Origin: an uncultured delta proteobacterium
GTDB lineage: Bacteria > Myxococcota_A > Polyangia > Fen-1088
Assembly (NCBI GenBank): GCA_963767925.1
Contig: CAVYGB010000010.1
Coordinates: 896,001-960,000, forward strand
Direction of reading: 5' to 3'
Length of the DNA stretch: 64,000 bases
Made by a program: the position numbers and the translations under genes. Under the pieces are notes generated by a model, which was not told the origin of the DNA, did no database searches, and worked only from the letters and a program-made list of their open reading frames with translations. Shown here in pieces: positions 17,987-26,580 of this stretch; position 1 is the stretch's first letter; every line of letters begins with the position of its first letter.

Positions 17987-18772
17987 TCAATCAATCTCGT
18001 TGATGCAGCGGCCGTTGTAGCAAAACTGGCCTTCGCTGCACATGACCGCGGCGCAGGGGTCGCCGGGGGGCGGGGTGATGATTGGCGGGCCGGCGTCGGC
18101 CGGCTCGATCGACGTATCGGGGGCGGCGTCGGTGGGCTCGGGCTGGGCGTCGGCGGCGCCCGCGTCGGGACGGCAGGCGTCGCCGGTGACCGAGACCGAC
18201 TTGAGGCGGACCACCGGGCGCAGCAGCCACTCGTCGCCCGCACCCGCGCCCTTGGGGTGGACGTGGATCGACTTCTTGCCGTCGAAGTCGAGGGTCACGT
18301 GGCCGACGTCGCAGGCGGTCCAGTCGAAGCCGCCTTTGATCTTGATGCCGGACTGGGTGCCGGAGGGGACGGTGAGCGGGTGGCGTGCTCCGTCGGGCGT
18401 GGTCACGTAGTTGGGGCCATCCTCCTTCACGTACAGGCGGAGCTGCGTGATCTTGCCGCCCGGGAAGTCGACAACCCCGAGCTGGGCGAAGGTGCCGCCC
18501 TGGAGCTTCAGCAGATCGATGGTCGCGGTCTCCTCGGCCAGCACCCGCCAGCCGCCGCCGCCGGCGACGTGGGCCTCGACCCGGGTGATGGTCACGACGA
18601 TCTCCTTCACCTCGTCGGCGGGGGCGTCGACCAGCCGCAGCTCCATCCGTCCGCCCTGCCCGCCGCCCGCGCGCGCGCCCCCCGGATCGCCGCCGGGGTC
18701 GGCGCAGCCGCCCCAGACCGACAGGAGCCCCACCAGCACAACCGATTGGTAACCACACCGATCTCGCTTCAT
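17987..18772 (-). CDS. DUF4382 domain lipoprotein
   Basis: Lipobox 'WGGC', 'LRLVDAP', 'IDLLKLQ', 'ITQLRL', 'LTVPSGTQSGIKI', 'LDFDGKKSI', 'LRPVV'; Cys-rich tail. Confidence 0.85.
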   Translation of the reverse strand: MKRDRCGYQSVVLVGLLSVWGGCADPGGDPGGARAGGGQGGRMELRLVDAPADEVKEIVVTITRVEAHVAGGGGWRVLAEETATIDLLKLQGGTFAQLGVVDFPGGKITQLRLYVKEDGPNYVTTPDGARHPLTVPSGTQSGIKIKGGFDWTACDVGHVTLDFDGKKSIHVHPKGAGAGDEWLLRPVVRLKSVSVTGDACRPDAGAADAQPEPTDAAPDTSIEPADAGPPIITPPPGDPCAAVMCSEGQFCYNGRCINEID

Positions 18773-18828
18773 GGCCGATCAACGAGCCAGCCCGGCCGGG
18801 GATACAGGGGCGCGGGTGGGTGCGGTGG

Positions 18829-19617
18829 CTACCGGCGGCCGCGGTTGGGGTTGGGGCCCCGTCCCGGCGGCTCGGCGGGCGGACCCTTGGCCCCCGCCTG
18901 CTTCTTGAGCTGGCCGGGCGGCACGAAGCCCTCCTTGCGCGCGGCCTCGCTAACGCCGCGGTTGCCCGGGCCGCCGGCCTTGCCGCGCCCGTCGGCGGCC
19001 GCCCGGCTGCCGGCCTGCTCGAGCGATCCGCCTCCCTGCATCCCCCGGGTGATCGCCTCGAGCGATTCGCCGTGGCTCAGCGCCTGCTCGCGCCGCAGGA
19101 CCTCGAGCGTGGCCGGCAGCCGGCCGACCGCCGCCGGATCGCGGGCCAGCACCTCTTTCACGAGGCCGCCGGCGCGCGCGCTGGGGTAGCCGCGCAGGGC
19201 CAGGTCGGTGATCACCTCGACCGCCCGGGCGGTCTCGGCGGGCGCCCGGCCGCCGCGGACGACAGGGTCGGCAGCGGCGAGGTCGACCCCGGCCAGGCGC
19301 GCCTCGGCGAGGGCCCGGAGCAGATCGGGCGCGTGGGGCCCATCGGGGCGCCGCTCGGCGAGGAAGGTGCGCGCGCTGGCCAGGTTGTCGGCGAGGCGGC
19401 CGGCCGCCTGGGCGATCCGCTCCGGCGGCACCCCCTTGGCCAGGCCCTCGCGCACCTTGCTGACGACGATCTCGGCGGGGAGGCCGGCGGCGGCCAGGCG
19501 CTGCACCACCTCCTCGAGGCGCGGGCGCACCGGCTCGAGCCGCGGATCGGACGGAAGGACGGCGGCCTGGGCCAGCCCCAGGGCCAGGACGAGCTTCACG
19601 GTGGTTGTTGCCAGCAT
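18829..19617 (-). CDS. Secreted alpha-helical hypothetical protein
   Basis: Signal peptide, 'GLP...V.SKVREGLAKGVPPERI', tail 'VPPGQLKK'. Translationally coupled (TGATG) to the upstream gene. Confidence 0.75.
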   Translation of the reverse strand: MLATTTVKLVLALGLAQAAVLPSDPRLEPVRPRLEEVVQRLAAAGLPAEIVVSKVREGLAKGVPPERIAQAAGRLADNLASARTFLAERRPDGPHAPDLLRALAEARLAGVDLAAADPVVRGGRAPAETARAVEVITDLALRGYPSARAGGLVKEVLARDPAAVGRLPATLEVLRREQALSHGESLEAITRGMQGGGSLEQAGSRAAADGRGKAGGPGNRGVSEAARKEGFVPPGQLKKQAGAKGPPAEPPGRGPNPNRGRR

Positions 19618-20915
19618 CAGCGCGTCGGACGCTCCCCGGGATGATACGACTGGCCCTGCCCTCCGGATACAGCGGCCCCGCGCGGCGACCCGGGCGGGCT
19701 CCCGCCAGCCGCCGGCGGCACGTCCACCACCCCGTCCTGGCCGCCGAACCCGTCGGGCGCGTAGCGCGGCGCCTCGGGCGGCCGACGCGCCTCCCCGTCG
19801 ACGAGGAAGTGGTAGCGGTGGCTACCTGGCGGCAGATCGATCCAGATCTCGTGCAGCCCCGCCTCCCGGGTGGCGCGCAGCGCCCGGCCCGGGGCCTGCC
19901 AGTCGTCCCAGGATCCGACAACCGCCACCGCGGCGCCGGGGGCCCACAGCCGGAAGCGCACCCGCCCCGGCTCCACCCGCGGGCGCTGGTCCCGCTCGGG
20001 CGGAGGGGCGGCGGCGGGCCGGGCGCCGCTGGCGCGGACGACCGAGCCGAGCGCGAAGACCCGGCGGGCGTAGTCCCGGGTGGCGCCGACCGAGACCGGG
20101 ACGGTGAGGTCGGCGCCCGCATACACCTGCAGGTGGGGGCCGAGCGCCAGGCGCACCTCGAGGTGGCCGCCAGCGTGGCTCTCGCCGCTGCTGCCGAGCT
20201 GGAGGCGGCCGAGCCAGGCCCCCGCCGAGGCCGACAGCGACCCGGCGAGGAGGTCGGCGGCGAGACCGCCGCGCAGGCGCGAGAACACCGCCTCCGCGGC
20301 GCCGCCGAGCGGCCGCACCCGCACGAACGAGGCGCGGGGTCCCACCTCGAGCCCGGGACGGACCCGCGCCGGGGCCTCCGCCGCTACCGCCTGCAGGCGA
20401 TCGGCGCTGGCCCGGTCGGGCCCCAGCCAGCGGTGCTCGCCCCGGTAGCGGAGCCGCAGGCGCCAGGTCTCGCCGAGCGGGAGGCGCGCGCCCACCTCGC
20501 CCCCCGCGAACCGGAAGTGGTCCTCGGGGAACCGGCTGGCGTCGAAGCGACCGGCGGCCGCCGCCAGGTGCAGGTGGACCGGACCGAGCGCGGGCAGGAG
20601 CAGGGCGAGCGTGCCCTCCTGGTGGGCGAGGCGCCCGACCTGCGCGGCCTGGCGGAGATCGCCGGCATAGCTGGCCTCGAGGCGGAGGCCCCCGATGGGC
20701 AGGGCGCCGGTCAGCCCGGGCGAGACCGCCCCGAACCAGCCGCCGAGCCGGAGCAGGGGCTGGGCGGCGAGCGGCGCGCTCGCCAGGAACAGGTTGTCGT
20801 CGTGCCCGGCGGCGAGCTCGACCGACACGCTGCCCGACGGCGCGGCCGCGGCCGGCGGCAGGCCAATCGCCACACCCACCCCCACCACGCCCATCAGCCC
20901 ACGCGCGCCGAGCAC
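19617..20915 (-). CDS. Probable outer-membrane beta-barrel protein with C-terminal glycogen-binding (CBM48/AMPK-beta-like) domain
   Basis: Signal peptide, 'VELAAGHDDNLF' and alternating amphipathic strands. C-terminal 'VRFRL.APGA.VAVVGSWDDW...LPPGSHRYHFLVDG...DGFGG'. Confidence 0.75.
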   Translation of the reverse strand: MLGARGLMGVVGVGVAIGLPPAAAAPSGSVSVELAAGHDDNLFLASAPLAAQPLLRLGGWFGAVSPGLTGALPIGGLRLEASYAGDLRQAAQVGRLAHQEGTLALLLPALGPVHLHLAAAAGRFDASRFPEDHFRFAGGEVGARLPLGETWRLRLRYRGEHRWLGPDRASADRLQAVAAEAPARVRPGLEVGPRASFVRVRPLGGAAEAVFSRLRGGLAADLLAGSLSASAGAWLGRLQLGSSGESHAGGHLEVRLALGPHLQVYAGADLTVPVSVGATRDYARRVFALGSVVRASGARPAAAPPPERDQRPRVEPGRVRFRLWAPGAAVAVVGSWDDWQAPGRALRATREAGLHEIWIDLPPGSHRYHFLVDGEARRPPEAPRYAPDGFGGQDGVVDVPPAAGGSPPGSPRGAAVSGGQGQSYHPGERPTR

Positions 20916-20963
20916 CCCTTCCAGGTTACCCGAGGCGAGCCGGCTCCGGACAGCCGCCCGGGA

Positions 20964-21515
20964 TCACAGCCGCAGGACGGCGTTGGTTCGGCCGAAGCCG
21001 TCGGGGCGGGTCTCGGCGGCGGCGGGATCGGTCATCCAGACGCCGTCGACAAGGAACATGTATTCGTGGTGGCCCCGGGGGACCGGCACCGTGGCCACGA
21101 AGCTGCCCTGCCCGTCCTGATCGACGAGCACGGTCTGCTGCGGATCCCAGGCGTTGAAGTCGCCCGCCAGCGAGACGCTGCGCGCCCCTCGCGCCGACAG
21201 GACGAAGCGGACCAGCACCACCTCGCGGGGTACGGCGGCCGGCGGCGCCGGCGCCACCGCGATCGGATCCGGCGCTGGCAGGAGGGAAGCGACGGCGAGG
21301 ACGAGGCCGGCGGCGCCCGCCAGCAGCAGGGCGCCCAGGGGGGAGACCCGCACCTCCAGGCGGCGGGGCCGGCGCAACCAGCGCCAGAGGCTGAACGGGC
21401 GGGGCTCGGCGATCCGCTGCATCACCGCCGGGACCAGCGCGGGCGGCGGCGCGACGTCCCGCAGGGCGGACAGCCCGGCCATCGGGGCCTCGGGGTCGTC
21501 CATCGGAGGTCTCAT
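20964..21515 (-). CDS. Probable anti-sigma factor: one TM helix + extracytoplasmic CBM48/AMPK-beta glycogen-binding domain
   Basis: ATGA overlap with the ECF gene. Short cytoplasmic N-terminus, TM 'LGALLLAGAAGLVLAVASLL', then 'VSLAGDFNAW...G.HEYMFLVDG.WMTDP...DGFG..NAVL'. Confidence 0.8.
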   Translation of the reverse strand: MRPPMDDPEAPMAGLSALRDVAPPPALVPAVMQRIAEPRPFSLWRWLRRPRRLEVRVSPLGALLLAGAAGLVLAVASLLPAPDPIAVAPAPPAAVPREVVLVRFVLSARGARSVSLAGDFNAWDPQQTVLVDQDGQGSFVATVPVPRGHHEYMFLVDGVWMTDPAAAETRPDGFGRTNAVLRL

Positions 21516-22171
21516 CGCGGCTTCTCCTCGAGCAGGTCGCGCAACATGGCCCGGGCGCGCACCACCCGGATCTTCAACGTGGTCAGGGGCAAGCGCAAGA
21601 TGGCCTGGATCTCCTCGTAGGACAGCTCCTCGACGTCCTTGAGCACCAGCACCTCGCGGTACTTCGGGGGCACCTGCAGGAGGGCCCGCTCGATCCGGCT
21701 GCGGGCGCGCGCCACCTCCAGGTTGGCCTCGGGGTCGCGCAGGTCGTGGGCGAACATGGCCTCGCTGGCGGCCACCTCGGCCGACAGCGGCGCCTCGGTG
21801 CGCTGCTTCGACTTGAGGACGTCCTTGCAGCGGTTGACCGCGATCCGGATGACCCAGGTGGAGAACGCGTTCTTGCGCCCCTCGCCGCGGAAGCGATCGA
21901 GGGCGGCGTAGGCATCGACGAAGGCCTGCTGGGCGACGTCCTCGGCGTCGGCGCGGCTGCCGAGCATGCGCAGGGCGACCGAGAAGACGACCCGCTGGTG
22001 GCGCTGCACAAGCGGGCGGTAGGCCTCGCTCTCGCCGGCCAGACAGCGCGCGACGAGCGCGTCCTCCTCGCCGGCCGGGGCGCCGACGGGGACGGGGGCG
22101 GCGGGCAGCGAGAGCGCGGTGGTTCCAGTCACCTCGCTGTCGTTACGACCGGAGCGGTCCCCTGGATACAC
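21512..22171 (-). CDS. ECF sigma factor
   Basis: Region 2 'DAEDVAQQAF....FSTWVIRIAVNRCKD', region 4 'LSYEEIQAIL..PLTTLKIRVVRAR'. Confidence 0.93.
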   Translation of the reverse strand: MYPGDRSGRNDSEVTGTTALSLPAAPVPVGAPAGEEDALVARCLAGESEAYRPLVQRHQRVVFSVALRMLGSRADAEDVAQQAFVDAYAALDRFRGEGRKNAFSTWVIRIAVNRCKDVLKSKQRTEAPLSAEVAASEAMFAHDLRDPEANLEVARARSRIERALLQVPPKYREVLVLKDVEELSYEEIQAILRLPLTTLKIRVVRARAMLRDLLEEKPR

Positions 22172-22250
22172 GGTATTTCATCGACGGGCGGCGGCGGGGG
22201 CTTCAAGCGGCGCGGCGCGAGAGAGGCGGATCTGGTAGACCTGCCCCCAC

Positions 22251-23237
22251 ATGCGCGCTGTCGTCTACAACCGCTTCGGCAATCCCCGGGACGTCCTGAC
22301 GACCGAGGAGCGGCCCATGCCCGAGCCGGGGCCCGGCCAGGTGCGGCTCGCCCTGATCCAGTCGCCCGTCCACAACCACGACCTCTCCACCGTGCGTGGC
22401 AACTACGGCATCAAGCCGCCCCTGCCGGCGATCGGCGGGACCGAGGCGCTGGCCACCGTCGATCGGCTGGGGCCCGACGTGACCCACCTGTCGGTGGGGC
22501 AGCGGGTCTGCGTGATGACCCAGGGGGTGTGGGCGGAGTGTTTCCTGGCGAAGGCGGCCAGCGCCGTCCCGGTGCCCGCCTCGCTGTCCGAGGAGGCGGC
22601 CTGCCAGCTCCTGGCCATGCCCCTCAGCGCCTACCTGCTGCTCGACGACCTCGAGGTGAAGGCCGGCGACTGGATCATCCAGAACGCGGCCAACGGCGCC
22701 GTGGGCCGGCTGATCGACACCCTGGCCCGGCAGCGGGAGATCAACGTCGTCAACCTCGTGCGACACCAGAAGAGCGCCGACGCGCTCGCGGCCGAGGGGG
22801 TGAAACACGTGCTGGCGACCGAGGAGGGGCCCGGCAACGGCTGGACCGCGCAGGTGGCCGGGCTGACCGGCGGCGCGCCGGTGCTGCGGGCGGTGGACTC
22901 GGTGGGAGGCAAGAGCGCCAGCGAGCTGCTCGAGCTGCTGGCGCCGGGCGGGACCCTCATCTCCTTCGGGGCCATGGGCGGGCAGCCCCTGGCGATCGAC
23001 CCGGGACAGCTCATCTTCAAGGGCAAGACGGTGAAGGGCTTCTGGGCGACGGCGCGCACCGAACGCAGCAGCACCGCCGACCGGGTGCGCATGATCGGCG
23101 ACGTGATCCAGAAGGTCGCCAGCGGCGCCCTGCCCTTGCGGGTGGCCGCCACCTTCGATCTGGCCCGGGTCGGCGAGGCGGTCGCCGCCAGCGACAGCGC
23201 CGGGCGAGGCGGCAAGATCGCCCTCCGGCCGGCCTGA
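22251..23237 (+). CDS. MDR-family (zinc-type) NADPH oxidoreductase / enoyl reductase
   Basis: 'SPVHNHDL', 'GGTEA', 'LAMPLSA', 'QNAANGAVG', 'DSVGG'. Confidence 0.9.
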   Translation: MRAVVYNRFGNPRDVLTTEERPMPEPGPGQVRLALIQSPVHNHDLSTVRGNYGIKPPLPAIGGTEALATVDRLGPDVTHLSVGQRVCVMTQGVWAECFLAKAASAVPVPASLSEEAACQLLAMPLSAYLLLDDLEVKAGDWIIQNAANGAVGRLIDTLARQREINVVNLVRHQKSADALAAEGVKHVLATEEGPGNGWTAQVAGLTGGAPVLRAVDSVGGKSASELLELLAPGGTLISFGAMGGQPLAIDPGQLIFKGKTVKGFWATARTERSSTADRVRMIGDVIQKVASGALPLRVAATFDLARVGEAVAASDSAGRGGKIALRPA

Positions 23238-23248
23238 GGAGGTAGGCG

Positions 23249-23686
23249 ATGCGCATCGCCATCGGCTCGGACCACGCGGGGTTCCGCTACAAGACGCTCA
23301 TCGCCCGCGAGCTCGCGGCGCGCGGGCACCAGGTCGTCGACTTCGGGACCGACTCGGAGGCAGCGGTCGACTACCCCCTGTTCATCCGCCCGGTGGCCGA
23401 GGCGGTGGCGCGGGGGGAGTTCGAGCGGGGGGTCGTGCTCGGCGGCTCGGGCAACGGCGAGGCCATCGTGGCCAACCGGGTGCCGGGCATCCGCGCGGTG
23501 GTGGCCTGGCACGTGGACTCGGCCCGGGCCGGGCGGGCCCACAACGACAGCAACGTGCTCGCGCTGGGCCAGCGCTTCGTCGCCGAGCAGGACCTGCCGG
23601 CCATCCTCGCCGCCTGGCTCGACACGCCCTTCGAGGGTGGCCGCCACCAGCGCCGCATCGACCAGATCGACGCACCTCCGCGCTGA
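23249..23686 (+). CDS. rpiB: Ribose-5-phosphate isomerase B
   Basis: 'IGSDHAG', 'DYP', 'GGSGNGE' (Glu-type), 'HNDSN', 'FEGGRHQRRI'. SD GGAGG. Confidence 0.95.
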   Translation: MRIAIGSDHAGFRYKTLIARELAARGHQVVDFGTDSEAAVDYPLFIRPVAEAVARGEFERGVVLGGSGNGEAIVANRVPGIRAVVAWHVDSARAGRAHNDSNVLALGQRFVAEQDLPAILAAWLDTPFEGGRHQRRIDQIDAPPR

Positions 23687-23725
23687 GCGACCCACTCAAG
23701 CCCGCGCCGCCACCCACCGAGGTGG

Positions 23726-26524
23726 GTGCGGCGGATGTTCGGTTCGTCCTTCACCGGCGCTTCCGGCCGGCTGGCGGCGGGCATCGGCCTGGCGCTGGTG
23801 CTGGCCCTGCCCGCGGGCTGCGGGGAGGCGGAGGACGCCGTCGCCCCCGACACGACCATGCGCATCGACGGCGAGCTCGCCGACTGGCGGGGCACGCCGG
23901 GGGCCCGCCAGCTCACGGTGGATCCCGAGGGCGACGGGCGCGACCAGAGCGCGCAGGCCGCCGCGATCGCCCCCGGGACCGACCTGGTCTCGGTGCGGGC
24001 GGCCCACGACGCCGAGCGCCTGTATTTCCTCCTCGAGCTGGGGGCACCCTCGGCCGGCGGCGCCTCGGTCGAATACACCATCTACCTCGACGCCGACGGC
24101 AAGACCGAGACCGGCTACGTGGTGGGGGACGAGGCCATCGGCGCCGACTTCGTCGTCAGCAACGGCACCCTCCTGCAACACGCCTCGACCGACCGCACCG
24201 CCTGGGAGTGGAAGACCCTCGAGTGGAGGGTCGAGGAGCTGGAGAGCGCCGGCCCCGACCACGCCATCGAGCTGTCGATCGACCGCCGGGCCATCCAGGC
24301 CCCGGGCGGCGGGGGCGGATCGATCGGCCTGCTGTTTTCCACCATCGAGCCCCACGACACGAGCACGTGGGAGGACGACGTCACCGACTTCGCCCCCGAC
24401 CGGGCGGGCCGCCCCGGCCGCCTGGCCTACTCCCTCTCCGCCCTGGCCTCCGCCCAGCCGGCGGTGCCGCCGCCCCGCCCGGCGGTGGCGGGGATCCGCA
24501 ATTACCTCCTTTACAACGGGGCCTGGGACCGCAGCGTGATCGAGAAGGTCTACCGCTACGACCTCGTCATCCTCGACGCCCACCGGGGCCCCCGCCCCTC
24601 GCAGATCGGGCCGGTGGTCCGGCGCATCCGGGCTGGCGTCAACGGCCTGCCCGGCGACGCCGACGACGTCATCGTCCTCGGCAGCATCACGATGGGCGAA
24701 GACGTGCGCACCTACGGCGACCGGGCCCCCGCGCCGGGGGACGGCGGCGGGCCCGCCTACTGGGACCCGGCCGGCGAGCAGCTCCTGTACGAGCAGCAGG
24801 GGGTGGCGGCCTATTACCTCGACGAGAAGACCGGCCCCGAGGAGCTGCCGGGGCCCGACGGCTTGCCCGACCGGAACGGGAGCGGGGGGAGCTGCTTCGT
24901 CAACCCGGGCGACCCCGAGTGGCGGGCCTTCCTGGTCGGCAACGACGGGCGCACCGGCGCGCCCTACAGCGCCCACCTGCTGCTCGACGTGATGGGCTAC
25001 CAGGGGCTGCTGCTCGATACGCCCGAGGTGGCGGGCCCCTGGTACGGCTACGGCTACACCGCCGAGGGGATGTACCAGGCCATCGCCAGCCTGCGGGAGA
25101 GCTTCCCGGGGGCGGTGCTGCTGCTCAACCGGGGGCAGTTCTTCTTCGTGCCCCAGTTCCCGGTGCAGTACCGCTGGAACCCGCGCAAGCTGATCGACAT
25201 CGGCCTGTACGACAGCCACTACCTCGACAGCGACTACGGGGAGGGGGAGGCCGAGCTGCCTTACCACCTGAGCCCCCTGTTCGCGTCGAGCTCGCTGTTC
25301 TTCGACCAGAAGATCCAGGCCGAGCTGGGACGCCCCGACGACAGCTTCGAGGTGATGCTCAGCCTGGACTACGCCGCCGATCCGGACAGCCTGTCGCGCG
25401 ACCACCCCCAGGTCTACGGCGACGCCATCGCCTCGTCGCTGCAGAGCTACGGGCGGGTCCCGCTGATCACGACCCGGCTGATCGACGCCACCCCGACCTT
25501 GACCCTCGAGGAGGCGGCGCCCGAAGACGTCGAGGCGCCCCGCTGGGGGAACACCACGGTGGGGTTCTCAACCCTGCTGCCCGAGGCGCCTCCCCCCTAC
25601 ATGGTGGCTGGCTTCGAGGACACGGTGGTGCCGGCGCCGCGGGTGGGGGTGCAAAAGGCCATCCCGGGCGACGGGCAGGTCACGTTGCGCTGGGACGTCG
25701 CCCTCGATCAGACGCTGCCGGTCCGATACAACATCTACTACTCTGACCTCTGGCCGTTCGACCTGGGCCTGGCCGAGATCGTCAACAACGTGCCGACCGA
25801 GGTAGGCGCCGACTACGCCGAGCGCAGCCTGACCAGCGCCGACGACGGCTGTCCCTACCAGGCCACGGTCACCGGGCTGGAGAACGGCCGGACCTACTAC
25901 TTCGTCGTGCGGGCCGAGGACAGCACCCCCGGCACGCCCTTCGACCAGGGGCGCGGTCCCGGCGGGGGCCGGGAGGACGAGAACCTCAACCTGCTGGCGG
26001 CGATGCCGCGCGCGCCCGACCCGGCCCCGCTGGCCATCGCCATCGACGGGAACTTCGACGACTGGGAGGCGGTGGCGGGCTACCTCGACGCCGAGGCGGA
26101 GGCGGAGCAGCTCCGGCCCGACTGGATCGAGGTTCGCTTCGCCGAGGACGCTGACGCCTACTTCGTCTTCTTCGAGACGGTGCAGCCGATCGAGCCGGCC
26201 GCCGGCTACCAGGTCTTCGTCAACGCCGACGGCCAGAGCTGGACCGGCCTGCACAGCCGGGGGGGCGCCGACTACCAGGTGCGCAACGGGAACCTGCTGC
26301 GCTACGCGGGCAGCGGGGGCAACGACGCCTGGGTCACGGTGGGCCCGGTGGCCCTGGCCCGCAACGGCGGGCGGACCGAGCTGCTGCTGCCCCGGGCGGC
26401 GCTGGCGGTGTCGGGCGAGGGGCCGGTGTGGAGCTTCGTGGGGGCGCGGACGGCCGGGGCGGTGGACACCCTGCCCGAGCAGGGCGCGGGCTTTTACCTC
26501 CCGAGGCCGCCGGCCGCGCCCTGA
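23726..26524 (+). CDS. Multidomain lipoprotein: sugar-binding-like domain, GH114/PelA-like TIM barrel, FnIII, second sugar-binding-like domain
   Basis: Lipobox 'PAGC'. Repeated 'IDG...DW' domains at both ends. 'YDLVILD', 'ITMGED', 'GLLLDT', 'LNRG'. FnIII 'VTLRW...YNIYY...GLENGRTYYFVVRA'. Confidence 0.6.
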   Translation: MRRMFGSSFTGASGRLAAGIGLALVLALPAGCGEAEDAVAPDTTMRIDGELADWRGTPGARQLTVDPEGDGRDQSAQAAAIAPGTDLVSVRAAHDAERLYFLLELGAPSAGGASVEYTIYLDADGKTETGYVVGDEAIGADFVVSNGTLLQHASTDRTAWEWKTLEWRVEELESAGPDHAIELSIDRRAIQAPGGGGGSIGLLFSTIEPHDTSTWEDDVTDFAPDRAGRPGRLAYSLSALASAQPAVPPPRPAVAGIRNYLLYNGAWDRSVIEKVYRYDLVILDAHRGPRPSQIGPVVRRIRAGVNGLPGDADDVIVLGSITMGEDVRTYGDRAPAPGDGGGPAYWDPAGEQLLYEQQGVAAYYLDEKTGPEELPGPDGLPDRNGSGGSCFVNPGDPEWRAFLVGNDGRTGAPYSAHLLLDVMGYQGLLLDTPEVAGPWYGYGYTAEGMYQAIASLRESFPGAVLLLNRGQFFFVPQFPVQYRWNPRKLIDIGLYDSHYLDSDYGEGEAELPYHLSPLFASSSLFFDQKIQAELGRPDDSFEVMLSLDYAADPDSLSRDHPQVYGDAIASSLQSYGRVPLITTRLIDATPTLTLEEAAPEDVEAPRWGNTTVGFSTLLPEAPPPYMVAGFEDTVVPAPRVGVQKAIPGDGQVTLRWDVALDQTLPVRYNIYYSDLWPFDLGLAEIVNNVPTEVGADYAERSLTSADDGCPYQATVTGLENGRTYYFVVRAEDSTPGTPFDQGRGPGGGREDENLNLLAAMPRAPDPAPLAIAIDGNFDDWEAVAGYLDAEAEAEQLRPDWIEVRFAEDADAYFVFFETVQPIEPAAGYQVFVNADGQSWTGLHSRGGADYQVRNGNLLRYAGSGGNDAWVTVGPVALARNGGRTELLLPRAALAVSGEGPVWSFVGARTAGAVDTLPEQGAGFYLPRPPAAP

Positions 26525-26580
26525 CTCGATATGCGACACCCACCCCTGTCCAGAAATCCGGGGGGCCGTAAACTGCCACG

